Below are positions 27,097 through 40,426 of a stretch of DNA of 63,777 nt, in pieces (position 1 is the first letter of the stretch; each line of letters starts with the position of its first letter). The notes under the pieces were generated by a model, which ran no database searches, was not told the DNA's origin, and saw nothing but the letters and a program-made list of their open reading frames with translations. This DNA comes from Octopus bimaculoides. Taxonomy: Eukaryota. The stretch covers positions 26,563,761 through 26,627,537 of the forward strand of contig NC_069001.1 in assembly GCF_001194135.2 (NCBI RefSeq). The letters are read 5' to 3'. Position numbers and translations under genes: made by a program.

Positions 27097-27756
27097 ACAC
27101 ACAAACAGAAATATATTACAGTAGCGTGATGGTTAAGATCTTTTATATTGTTTGGACAAATGAAACCTTGACAAGCTAAATGTTTTCTTGCTCCTTCGAT
27201 TACAATATAATATGTAACTGAAAAAAATGTACAGAGGTTCAGATTCTAGCCTGGCAGAGAGTATTCTGCATTTTTAAGACGTTATATGTGAAGTAACACC
27301 ACAAGAATAAAGTGATAATACATCCTTGCCACACTGAGGCTGAAGGACTATCTGTGGTTTCGAAACAGAATGGCATGTTTTGTAATCGTCTACATTAAAA
27401 TCATTTTGAAAATTACTTTTGTGTTTTACATCAGACGGATAATTTACTATATATAACTAACTACATTTAATTGTTTGCATAAAAGGACACATTTTTTTTG
27501 GCGGGTGGGGGTATACTGTTGCGCATTGGTTGCTCCCTTGCTCCTGTTTTGTTTATTGGTGGACAATACTACGCATTAACTAATTTATTTAGAGTAACCC
27601 GGATGCTAGGAGGTTGTTGGCGAGTCGTCCGTTTTAAGTATTATATATTCTTGACAGACAAAGCAAATGCTGCTCTTAAATCATTGATTGTCAAGGCAGT
27701 CTTTTCTCAATGCAGAGATAAATATGCTTAATTAAGACACGTGGACATATTTTCAG

Positions 27757-27803
27757 TTAATCCTGAGGAGTTTGGAGATACAACGCTACGGCTAACTCAG
27801 AAA
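27757..27803 (+). CDS. Candidate 47-nt exon (NPEEFGDTTLRLTQK)
   Basis: Acceptor catattttcag and donor AAA|GTAGGT, with an open frame. Short, so a chance match is possible. Confidence 0.2.
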
Positions 27804-28250
27804 GTAGGTAGATTTCTTTGAAAATTTCCACTGGTAGTTATACAGTGTTCTATTCAATACATGAACACAATTTTCTTTTATAAAACTTAATATTTTTATA
27901 ACGTCAATGATTTAAATTCTACCTCCCCACTAGCTTCCAAATAGAAGACTTTCTGCAATTAGTTGAAAAAAACGTATCAAGTACCAAAACTAAACTGTTT
28001 CAAATAAAACAATGGAACGTAGATTTAAATTCCAAGATTTAAATATTCCATAACTGAAACGGTAACATAATGCTGCTGAGCGTTAGATATATGAAGGGTC
28101 CAAACTAATTAGTCTACTGAGTCGTCACGGTTGTGTAGCGAGGAATTATCGAAGTAAAACTTCTTTCATGAGTTCCGAATAGTCTCATTAATAACATCTA
28201 TTTCGTAGTATTGCTAGTACCACGTATTTGAGTCGGCTAGGCTGTGTTAC

Positions 28251-28365
28251 CTAGATTGGCAAAGCTGTCTGCGAGCATCATGTTTATTAGTATTAGTGAA
28301 GTAGCACGTTTGACCACAATGCAGATAAGCGCCACATTTAAGCAATCATTTAAATGGCCAAATTT
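28251..28365 (-). CDS. Candidate 115-nt exon, hydrophobic (GPCR TM1-TM2-like)
   Basis: Acceptor ttttgttctcttaaag and donor TAG|GTAACA. The single open frame reads KFGHLNDCLNVALICIVVKRATSLILINMMLADSFANL. Confidence 0.25.
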
Positions 28366-28549
28366 CTTTAAGAGAACAAAAATTAATTTTATAACTATAC
28401 CATATTCTACTTGACAAATCAAATAATAGAACTCAAAATGTTCGATGCTCTAGTTTAGGGCTTCTATACACATAACAACATATATACATACACACACACA
28501 CATATATAATAGGTATATTTCATACATACGTATTTAAGCGTGTATATAC

Positions 28550-28581
<32 letters not shown>

Positions 28582-28611
28582 GTACCTATAGACTACACAT
28601 ATGAATATATT

Positions 28612-28642
<31 letters not shown>

Positions 28643-29458
28643 GTATATATATATTTATGTGTGTGTGTATGTAAATATATATATATGTGTATATTGTGCG
28701 TGTATGTGCGTATAAGCACACATGCAACATGTATACACTAGCAGGCGCATAACCATCTGTGTGCACTGATACATGTATGCAAGGGACACGGGCATATTCT
28801 TAGATATACATACACAGGCAAATGTTTTGGGGCTTTGTTTATTTATTTCTTCTTTCGGAGGAGGGGGGGCTCGTAAATCATGAAACTTCGATTTATATTT
28901 ATGTTTTGTATTTCTCAGCGAATTCTAAATTTTAATATTTGCCTTATCCCGTTTTGCCTATCTTACTTCGAACTCCAGACTTCAAATCCATTCGAATCCA
29001 TCTCGATCTTCTTGCTATTTATTATTCGTGTTACCCAACGCTTTATTCATATATCATCCACACTTTTATTCACACGCCTCCTAAGATACACCCTTAATTT
29101 TTTTCCCCTTCTTACCTTCTCAAGTGCTGCTGTAAGTTAATAAATATTTCCATATTTTTTTTTGACTGATGTTCACATGAATTTCATTATTTTCTTTACA
29201 TCTGAATATCACACAAGTGTATGATACATACTCACGTACATATACTCTCATTTGTATATATAAATACATGTAGACATGAGCATGTCTGTTCGTAATTTCA
29301 TGTTAAGTCAAATGGCTTCCCGCTTTTCCCTGTTCAACCGATTTTTAACTCCTCATTATATCTGCTATTGAAATTACATACGCTGGTATCGCTCTCTTTC
29401 TTTTACTCGCTTCCTCTGCACTGATAATTCTTTATTCTCTTCACACATATATATACAT

Positions 29459-29503
<45 letters not shown>

Positions 29504-30272
29504 CATACATACATATGCATGCATTGTTCAATATCTTCCTTGCTTCCCCCTAATGTTTTCTTATTCTAGTGTTGCTACATCTGTTATATTTTCAAATTGG
29601 CTTTTACTGAGGTGGACCACACCAGACGCCGTGTCTCAGCTATCATTTTCAGCTTATACCAAGTTTTCTTGGCAGACATCTGCTGTAAATCCTAACTTTG
29701 TCAGTTTGAAGAGAACATAATACTTGTTTCATTTGTGCTCATCATCTCGTTTTACGTTTTGCTAAGCCTAAATCTAGACTATACTTCAAACAGTTAAACC
29801 CTTTTCTTATCGGTGTAGTTAGTAATAGCTACACATTATTCTGCATTATTTATTATTATCATCTTCCTCATCATTATTTTTATTATTATTATTATTATCT
29901 TTTGCAAGGAAGCTCTTTCCCCCTGAGTAATGGAGAAATTTTAAACAAAGTGCTTATCATACAACATAAGTTATTGTAATGCATTAAGTAAAGAAAAAAG
30001 GCTAAACGTAATACTATGTAATTGATAAGAATTAAAAAAAACAAAGAAGCACAAAAGAAAAAAAACGCTTCCGATACTCAGTTATTTTGCTCATATATAT
30101 ATTTAATGACAAATAATAGCTAAATTACTAAGATTTTAGATTCTCGAGTGAAACATGCTAATCCCTTTAATTAAATGTTAATGAGCCATGATGAAAAAAA
30201 AGCAATTATTCTCGTTTCCCTTTCTATATGTGTCTATCGCTCTCTTACTTTCTCTTTCTCTCTCTCTCTCTC

Positions 30273-30337
<65 letters not shown>

Positions 30338-30384
30338 GTCTATGGAACTATATGCGTGTGTATATATATATATATATGTATGTA

Positions 30385-30435
<51 letters not shown>

Positions 30436-30601
30436 AAATAGTTAGGGATTGCACCAAACGTTTACCGGTTTGCTTCAAATGTAGTTGAAACATGGTAGCT
30501 CTATCGAAAGCTGTATATATAAAAGGAATTAAAGTTATAACTAGGCCATTTCATAGTAATCCTTATTATGAATAGTGTTGATATATGAGTATATATGTAC
30601 A

Positions 30602-30763
30602 CGCAGGAGTGGCTTTGTGGGGAGTAGCTTGCCTTACCAACCACATGGTTCCAGGTTCAGTCCCACTGCGTGGCACCTTGAGTAAGTGTCTTCTAATTTA
30701 GCTCCGGGCCGACCAAAGCCTTGTGAGTGGATTTGGTAGACGGAAACTGAAGGAAGACTGTCG
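30602..30763 (+). mobile_element. SINE family A, 5' half (3' half probably inside the gap)
   Basis: Well-conserved head and core, then (TA)n and a gap. The gap exits into aagtaaaagagtaaaa, matching the family A tail. Confidence 0.9.
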
Positions 30764-31123
30764 TGTATATATATATATATNNNNNNNNNNNNNNNNNNNN
30801 NNNNNNNNNNNNNNNNNNNNNNNNNNNNNNNNNNNNNNNNNNNNNNNNNNNNNNNNNNNNNNNNNNNNNNNNNNNNNNNNNNNNNNNNNNNNNNNNNNNN
30901 NNNNNNNNNNNNNNNNNNNNNNNNNNNNNNNNNNNNNNNNNNNNNNNNNNNNNNNNNNNNNNNNNNNNNNNNNNNNNNNNNNNNNNNNNNNNNNNNNNNN
31001 NNNNNNNNNNNNNNNNNNNNNNNNNNNNNNNNNNNNNNNNNNNNNNNNNNNNNNNNNNNNNNNNNNNNNNNNNNNNNNNNNNNNNNNNNNNNNNNNNNNN
31101 AAGTAAAAGAGTAAAAAAAAAGA

Positions 31124-31168
<45 letters not shown>

Positions 31169-33946
31169 AAGCAACAAAAGAGATAGCGCTGGAGAGAAAT
31201 AACATTTTAAGAATGTAAACTGCGTAGCGTTGCCGCGCTGGTTATATCTGAAAAGTTAGGGCGTGTAGCTATAAACCAAATGTTTTAGTGGTCGATTCCT
31301 CGTAGCAGTATCTTGTGTGGATGTTTGCCATTCTCCAATCTGAAGTTGCTAATACATAGAATTTGATCACTGGACTCTCTCCCGAAACTCATTTTATACG
31401 AATAGGCGTGTGTGCGCGTGTGTGTGTGTGTGTGTGTTTGTGTGTTTGTTTGTTTGTGGATAGGTGCATGTGCGTGAGCGTACGTAATGTTTTCTGTTTT
31501 TTTTTTTACGGAGAACATGTTGTCTTACTTTATGCTGTAACAGTCATATTTTCAAATGGTGAATGTACGCACTAATACTATTATATTATGTAATACCATG
31601 TCAGTGAATATTGATGTATTGTACAACTCCTAGCTTTGGTTTCCGTTTACTTTTGAATCTCTGTGTACATAGAATCCACACATGCTAGAACTCATTATGC
31701 AGAAGTATCTTTCACCTTGTAGTCGGTTTATTCAACTAACCATGGTTCTGTTAACGATATTCATGATATATATGAAATCATGTATGTTCTGACTTCATTC
31801 AATGAAGTTAGACAATAAATCGGCCAGAATTAGAGTTTAAAACTTAATACAGTCGCTAAGAATTTGAGTATGTTACTAATCAATGATCGGACGGAAATTC
31901 CCAGCTAAATATTTACATTTCTTAACCTTACACACAGAAATTTGCGTAGGTTAAATAGTATACAATCGTTTGTGAAGGTTAAACAGAAGATCAGAAATAA
32001 ATTGTTTTCTTGATAAAGTCAATATTTCTTTATGCGAAGCTGTAGATTGAAGTAAACATTGTTACTATCTGACATTTCTTTTACAAACTTCACATTGTAT
32101 TACCGTATACAACGACCATTGCATCTACACCAGATTGGTTTTATTATCCTTATTACTGTCGCGCTTTAACAACTCTATTACAATGTTTATAATGCTGACA
32201 TGGTGATTTTCTTTTAGCTTTGATTTACCGTTGTCATCATTGACGAAATCATCAGTTTTATTATCAACAGAAGCGAAATTGTTCTTTTCAATGAACAGTT
32301 GCCATCGTTATCATCATCATCATTTGCTGATTGTCATTGTAGTATGTGAAGATTATTACATTTATATTCACTCTTTACATCTATAAAATCCCCATTACGA
32401 GTCAACGCTAGTGCTTCTACGGGATAAGTTGACTTAGGACACATAACAGGCAAATCTTCCTCAAATAACACCCTAACATTTTCAATAAAGACAAACTGAC
32501 TAATATTCATAAAATACGAGATGTCCATAGCACGTACACCTCTAATCATAGATCTGTTCAATTCGAGCTATCAGATAGCAAACATCTATTTCCTTATGTC
32601 ATTCATTATATAAACATCATTCTCATCTTTGATTTGGGCCGTTAGAAGTCTCGTGCGGATGAATTTCCTCGGCAAATACACAAAGGATATACATTAATGA
32701 TATTTTTGGTTGATAATATTTATTACACTAGTCCTGCATTTTTTTTCATATTTGAATTATCATATAAATATATTAGATATTCATATTTTAAATATCAGTG
32801 TCTTCAGAAATCCCTCAATGAAATATTTACCAGTAAATATTGTTTATTGTACTAAGGTACATTGTGTAATTTGTTACTGAAACACTTAAGACACTCTAGG
32901 AAACTTTTTGCTTCAAGATCCCCCTGAACTATGGTTGCCTTTGTGTATCTGTTGAGGTAAATATTGTTACACAACAATAGAGAGCAAGCGATTAAGATGA
33001 CCTCAGATCGAAAGCGTTTCGTTCCTGACTGTTCCATCATTTTATTTTTTGTTTAGAGGTACATTAGAATGAATTCCACTTTATGTAGCTTTTCAGTCTT
33101 TTCTGAGACGACTGGGTATGGTTTAAAGAACTTTCAGATGTTATTTGTAGCACGTTAAATAAAGTTAGTACAGTGAGAAAAGTTATGAGAAGCATTAGCG
33201 AGACGCCAGATTAGGTGTTTTGCATTTTTTATTTTACTGTTTTGTATTAAATTTCCCAAAATAAAGACCAACTGTAATAGAATAAGTAAAAAAAAAAATG
33301 CAAATATTTCGCATGTTTTAAGGATTATAATGTCAAAATATGGCATTAGTTGGTATAAAATAAGTACCATTACCAATACATGTTAAGTCTACGTCCAGTA
33401 TTTATTCGCATGCAAACATTATGTCTTAGAAAGTGTTATGATTAAAAAAAAAAAAGCGTAGATTCGTAATATAGTAAACCATGTATTAACGTACATCAAA
33501 CCAGTAAAAAAAGACATCTAAGGATTTTGTGTGGTTTCAACAATAGAAATTTTTGCATTCTATATTTTTCAAAAAAAGATTTCAGTTTAATATGAGTCTG
33601 TGGAATGTCCCAAAGAATTACTGTAATCTTTTCTACTGGAACACGGCAAAAGTAAAGTAATATAGATTTGTTTTGCTTTCCTTTTAATATATTTTCTTTT
33701 GTTTCTTTGGAAGAGATGAATGAAAATATTCAGACAGAAATCAGAAAAGAATCTTAAACTTACTCAGTAAAAAATAAAAAAAGCAAACAAAAAACAAAAT
33801 CATCTTTAAAATAAGTTATATTTAAAGTCAGTAAGAATAAATAGATTCTAGGATAAAATATATCTTATTTAAAGTCGGTTACGAAAAGCAGATTTAGGAT
33901 TAATATAAAAAAAAGAAGTTTTTTTCCAGCTATGTAGATGTGTGGT

Positions 33947-34340
33947 GGAGGCGCAATGGCCCAGTGGTTAGGACAGTGGACTCGCGGTCATAGGATCGCG
34001 GTTTCGATTCCCAGACTGGGTGTTGTGAGTGTTTATTGAGCGAAGAACACCTAAAGCTCCACGAGGCTCCGGCAGGGGATGGTGGCGAACCCTGCTGTAC
34101 TCTTCCACCACAACTTTCTCTCACTCTTACTTCCTGTTTCTGTTGTGCCTGTAATTCAAAGGGTCAGCCTTGTCACACTGTGTCACACTGAATATCCCCT
34201 GAGAACTTCGTTAAGGGTACACGTGTTTGTGGAGTGCTCATCCATTAGCACGTTAACTTCACGAGCAGGATGTTCCGTTGATCGGATCAGCTGGAACCCT
34301 CGTCGTCGTAAAGGACGGAGTGCCAACTACAACAACAACA
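33947..34340 (+). mobile_element. SINE family C, full length, with imperfect TSD
   Basis: A box TGGCCCAGTGG, B box GTTTCGATTCC and a (CAA)n tail. Flanked by agatgtgtgg (33936-33945) and agatgtatgg (34340-34349), 9/10 identical. Confidence 0.93.
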
Positions 34341-35014
34341 GATGTATGGCAAAATCAAGATATCATTTACTTTTATTTTCCCTTACTCTTCCAGCAATTC
34401 TATACATTTCTTATTCCTTTCTTTCTATCGCACATTCACTAACACATCGTTACTCTCCGCCTTCCATTTCTTCCCTCTGATCCCTCTTTCATAAAGCGTA
34501 TATATCTTTGCTTACACTATACCGTTTCCTGTTTTTAGTAACTCGTTGCCTTTCCTCACCCGACCCTCTGTCTGCGCGTCAGACAGCCAGACGTTTTACA
34601 CACAGCCCTTAACTACCCTAGAGCTAAAATTATCTTCAGGTTGGGGTGATAAATTTAGAGTACAGTCTCTCATTACCGTACGACCAGATTTCACTTATGA
34701 AGCAAATATCTGAAATCACCTAGAATATACCGTTCTTAATGATATTATTTACCTCGAGTAGAATGCCACAGGCTTTTCGGTGTTGGAAGTGTTAGGAGGT
34801 GTTAACAAAAAAAATGTTCTTAAATATTGAAGTTAAATTCTGAAGCTATCGTGTTAAATCCCGTCTTTGAGTTTACAGCGTATTTAATTCAGGACTTATA
34901 AAAGGCAATTCGTGTGTATGTTCGTTTCTCTGACCGTATAGATGTATGCACACACACACGAACGCACACACACACACACACACACACACATACTTACATA
35001 CAAGATGCGCAAAA

Positions 35015-35165
35015 GGCGCAAGCGTGTCTGTGTGGTAAGAAGCTTGCTTCTCAACCACGTCGTTCCGAGTTCAGTCCCACTGCGTAACACCTTGGGCAAG
35101 TGACTTCTAATATATAAAGCTTTATGAGTAATTTTTGTTGGATCGAAACTGAAAGAAGCGCGTCG
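35015..35165 (+). mobile_element. SINE family A, 5' half
   Basis: gtgtggtaagaagcttgcttctcaaccac...gttcagtcccactgcg..caccttgggcaagtg...gaaactgaaagaagc, then (TA)n and a gap. Confidence 0.88.
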
Positions 35166-37224
35166 TATATATATATATATNNNNNNNNNNNNNNNNNNNN
35201 NNNNNNNNNNNNNNNNNNNNNNNNNNNNNNNNNNNNNNNNNNNNNNNNNNNNNNNNNNNNNNNNNNNNNNNNNNNNNNNNNNNNNNNNNNNNNNNNNNNN
35301 NNNNNNNNNNNNNNNNNNNNNNNNNNNNNNNNNNNNNNNNNNNNNNNNNNNNNNNNNNNNNNNNNNNNNNNNNNNNNNNNNNNNNNNNNNNNNNNNNNNN
35401 NNNNNNNNNNNNNNNNNNNNNNNNNNNNNNNNNNNNNNNNNNNNNNNNNNNNNNNNNNNNNNNNNNNNNNNNNNNNNNNNNNNNNNNNNNNNNNNNNNNN
35501 NNNNNNNNNNNNNNNNNNNNNNNNNNNNNNNNNNNNNNNNNNNNNNNNNNNNNNNNNNNNNNNNNNNNNNNNNNNNNNNNNNNNNNNNNNNNNNNNNNNN
35601 NNNNNNNNNNNNNNNNNNNNNNNNNNNNNNNNNNNNNNNNNNNNNNNNNNNNNNNNNNNNNNNNNNNNNNNNNNNNNNNNNNNNNNNNNNNNNNNNNNNN
35701 NNNNNNNNNNNNNNNNNNNNNNNNNNNNNNNNNNNNNNNNNNNNNNNNNNNNNNNNNNNNNNNNNNNNNNNNCTTATGTCCAATCTGCGGACCTGCTTGC
35801 AAAGTATTGATACCTAAGTGACATAGATATTAGAAGTAATAAAGCATGGAGGCTTTGGGGTTTTTCATATCGAAATCAACGAAGAAGTGTGTGTGTGTGT
35901 GTGTGTGCGTGTGCGTGTGCGTGTGTACATAAATAACTTCGTTCAGTTCACTTCCATTTTAAAATCTTTGTACGTTGGCAGTATCTCTAGTGCATTGCTA
36001 GTAAAATGTTTGGTAACTAACCCTGAAACATTATAATACTTCGGGCGAAGAAGCACCTCCTTGTTCCTCACACGGCTTCAGCATTCTTTGTCTCAGTGTA
36101 GTCGTGACTTTCTGTGTTACGAACGCATATTTTTAGCCATATTACTAATGATTCCCTCCAATTATATAAGGTTGAGGGAAGGGTAAAACGTTAGGAACAA
36201 ATTATTAAAATGATTCATTAACTTAAATATATATATATTCATATATTTGCAAATATTGTTTATAATAGCCTAAACTAATTAATGCTAATTAATGTAATGT
36301 GTATTTTAATTCATTCTATGTTGACCTCCATTCTTGATGAGTGTTACCTTTCCATCTAGAGGAGCAGGCTAAGATAGCCAATCAGATGCATTTCTCTCCC
36401 ACAGCAACAGGCTAGCATTCTCTTTACATTTTCTAGTTCTAATCGCCATAGAGAACGTTATTACTCTCGCCACAATGCACAAACTATATTTAATTCTCAA
36501 AGGAGACAATTCTGTTACTATTCATCGTTTTGATTCATTCTCTTCCATCAAAAATTCAGCTTCGGGAATTTTGTATCAATTTTAGATTGTATAATTAATG
36601 AAAATTGAAACTTCACTGTATTCATGTGTAGAAATTTATTGAAATTCACTGAAATTTTATTGAAATTGTCTGATAGCAAACATACATATATACACACATA
36701 AACACTGACATATATTTACAAACAAACATCTATATATATTATATATGTATACACCTACATATATATGTGTTTGCGAGTGTGTGTGTATGCATTTGTGTGT
36801 TTACATTTGCATGTATTTGTATGTATGCTTTCGTCTGTCTGAATGTGAATGATTATGTACATGCACACATATATGCTCTGATTATATATTAACAATTTTT
36901 GGTGTTCATTCTGTTGTCTATTGTTAAATGTTACTTTATAAAACTGTTTGCTAGCGTGTTTCCTCCTCACAGACAGTGTGCGCTATTGGAAATATTATTA
37001 TCAAAATTGTTGTATATTATAAATGACTTAGGTCTCTACATTCCACGTATAAAGGTTGTTAACCGTCTGCAAAACAAAAGCAACAATAACACAGATTCGT
37101 ATTGGTGTAATTGTTTAGCAACAATCTGGCTTATGTATATTGGTTCATAATTGTCATTTCATATCTAAATGACAGGAAGCGCCTTGAAAATACTGTCTGC
37201 ATAAAAAAAAAAGAAACGACATCA

Positions 37225-37225
37225 T

Positions 37226-37290
<65 letters not shown>

Positions 37291-37294
37291 ATAC

Positions 37295-37336
<42 letters not shown>

Positions 37337-37368
37337 AAATAATAATAATGAAAATAATAATAATGATA
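37225..37368. repeat. Compound (TAC)n(TAA)n microsatellite
   Basis: Directly visible; source of the poly-L/poly-I ORF. Confidence 0.97.
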
Positions 37369-37880
37369 AATGCCCTGGTGGCTTCTGATCTTAACTGATT
37401 GGAAGTATTATTATGTACATATTTTGTCTTAGTGCAAATACTCTACTCAACGCAACAGATTTCCTCGTCAATTGCCTGAACTTCACCTGTTGAGCATGAC
37501 CCTTAGTGGCTGCCGATATGTGCATCTCTGATCACGAGCAGGAATAATGGGAAGCATCACAGACCTGTTCTGAAAGGAATTCTTTGGGGTTTGGATACTT
37601 CACTTTTGGAAGCATGGGTGTTTGGTACATCATCCTTAAACAATCCTCAGGGGCTTTTCATCAGGAATAGCTACTCAATCTCAAACAAATTCTAACTGGG
37701 TCCCAAATGTAAGTTCATGCAGTGTTTATCTTGATATGAGATCAAAATGTCTCGTAAATATGGTTGGGATCTATGTGACTGGTGCACACTTATTAGTCGG
37801 GTAGTCATGATGGGTATATTTGGCTTCGTATATCGGTACTCCAGTGTCACTATGATGGCATTCATTGCTCCCTCACTCCA
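37369..37880 (+). mobile_element. Interspersed repeat family D copy embedded in TAA repeats
   Basis: Homologous to 1890-2227(-). (TAA)n-type tracts lie on both sides. Confidence 0.8.
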
Positions 37881-37882
37881 TG

Positions 37883-37915
<33 letters not shown>

Positions 37916-38014
37916 TTGCTATGCTTATAATGCTGATTGTAATGCATATTGCTATGCTCGTAATGCATAAGCTTAAATCCTAAAAGATATGATGATCACT
38001 GTTTGTATTCACAT

Positions 38015-38016
38015 GC

Positions 38017-38113
<97 letters not shown>
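38015..38113. repeat. (TA)n(TG)n microsatellite
   Basis: Directly visible. Confidence 0.97.
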
Positions 38114-38115
<2 letters not shown>

Positions 38116-38705
38116 TAAGCAATTTAACAATCTAAAGGCAAATTTCTAGATGTCACTAAAGTGACAGAGTGTACTGTGTGGTACCAGCATTGGTAGGTAG
38201 GAGTGTCAGAACGATTCATTAGCCACAAGAACACTATCTTAGTGTGCTGACAAGGGAGGCAAAGCTCCTTTCGTTCACTGACATAGCCATACGAATTTTG
38301 ATGCAGATCATCTAAATTCTCATCAGGCTACCACTATGCCTATGAGATGAGCTTAATACTATGTGCAGTAAGAGCCACTGAGGAGATCTGAATTTTATTT
38401 ATAGTAAGGTTTACAAACACCTTCCACGAGGCAATTATTTTCGTTCCAGCACATGATCTCAGATCAGGTCACTTGCTACGCAAGTATATCTCCGCAATGT
38501 AATGATACTGCTACAAATGGAAATAATATTCGCAGTGGACTAAAAGATATTGTTGCATTTTGCTAATCTCATTATAAAGGGAACTACCCAGAAACTAATG
38601 CTAGTAAAAAGACCAACACATAAAACATCACATAACAATGTAAGCAGTTAGCATTTATTTATTTCTTTTGACTATCTGTTCGCAGCATTAGCTACTTTTC
38701 ATGTT

Positions 38706-38750
<45 letters not shown>

Positions 38751-38794
38751 TAGGAGAAGGGGTGTTTGTGTGTATATGTGTCCGTGTGTGTATG

Positions 38795-38825
<31 letters not shown>

Positions 38826-39171
38826 ATAGATATACGTATATGCACATGGATCGAATATATTTGCATACACATTCACACACATAATCATGGGATCAAACTT
38901 TACAACAGTATACCTATTTGATACCTATTTGTCATCTTTTTCTTATCTCGGTCTATGATGACGTAGATTGAATGCTTTCCTGGAAATGCTTAATGATGTA
39001 TATACTTAAGAATCCTTCCTGATCAGATTTCCATAATCTCATCGTATTATTCACCAAAACAAGTGTAAGATGTCGACATTAATTATGTTAAACACACTCT
39101 CCGGATGTTTGTTTTTGCATATGTATACTTTGATGTGTGCACACATACTTATATACATATCACCATAACTC

Positions 39172-39235
<64 letters not shown>

Positions 39236-40175
39236 CATACATGTATACATATGTAACCATACATATAAACATAATCATCATATATACATGTACCTATATC
39301 AAACCATATATATATATATATAAATATATGATTGTATATGTATATTTATAAAACTATATATATATATATATATATATATAACCACACGCACACACACATT
39401 TATACATATATATATTTATATATATACACATATTATATTACATATACGTTTTCAGGCTTTGTATTTACTAGTGCATTTTTTCAGTCACATTAGTTGAGAT
39501 AAATTATGTGACGCCACTCAATGAAACGAGACAAATGTTCAAGTGAAAATACTATAAAACATTTTCAACTTACACAATCTCAAGATGTGTCTCACACATA
39601 TCATTTGCATAAAAGATATAAGGCTTCATCAGTGACAGTGTGTACATGATTATCTGTATTACAGACAAGTAGCATTTCCGGAAGCCTCTACAGATATGAA
39701 ATCGTTTAGGAGCTACTGGTTGTTTTTATTGGGCATTCTCGCAAATTCGAATATCAGTGTGTAATTAATATTTTCATTAATTCAAGTAAAGCTCATTAAA
39801 TATACGTCTAAAACAAATACATACATTCCGTGTCTCTGTATCTCTTTCCCCCCTCTCTCTCTCTCACTCTCTCCCATTCTATATAAATGTATATATAAAT
39901 TTAAATAATAAGGGTAAAAATTTATATTAATTTGTTTAATATCAATTGAAACCAGTGGCCTAGCATATTGAAAAAATCTAAAGATTCTGAAAATTATATT
40001 ACATATAAGAGGAATGACCAGTAGTTGGACTCTTAATATGCTAAATATAGACCGCATATGGTTTGACCACTAAGAAAAACAGAAAAAAATGTCCTCAAGA
40101 GCATTTAGCAAACGCCAGAACGTAAAGCGAGCAAGACAAATGAAAAGATAGAAAATATAATGATTAGTCACATAC

Positions 40176-40328
40176 CAGACTTCATTGTTACCATTTATAT
40201 GTCTGCATATCATCAGTGCAACCGTCATAGAAAATATAATTTGCAGGCCTATACTCGGGACCTCCTCCCAAGAGAACATGCATACAGTTCTATCAACTAT
40301 ACTTGGTGCGCCGAAGGCGGAAATGAAT
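40176..40328 (-). CDS. Candidate 153-nt symmetric coding exon, hydrophobic, unknown protein
   Basis: Acceptor gtttattttctgcag and donor CTG|GTATGT. The single fully open frame (phase 2->2) reads FISAFGAPSIVDRTVCMFSWEEVPSIGLQIIFSMTVALMICRHINGNNEV. GC-richer than the flanks. Confidence 0.5.
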
Positions 40329-40362
40329 CTGCAGAAAATAAACAAGCACATATTAATATATA

Positions 40363-40426
<64 letters not shown>

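Noticed and set aside
32334-33040. Two minus-strand ORFs of 60-75 aa (one with WD40-like VEALALTRNGDF)
   Set aside because: Weak splice signals and only impressionistic similarity; the expected chance rate is too high.
33947-34020. tRNA gene (Arg-like)
   Set aside because: It is the head of a SINE that continues about 320 bp and has a second full copy at 15671-16057. There is no proper acceptor stem or terminator.
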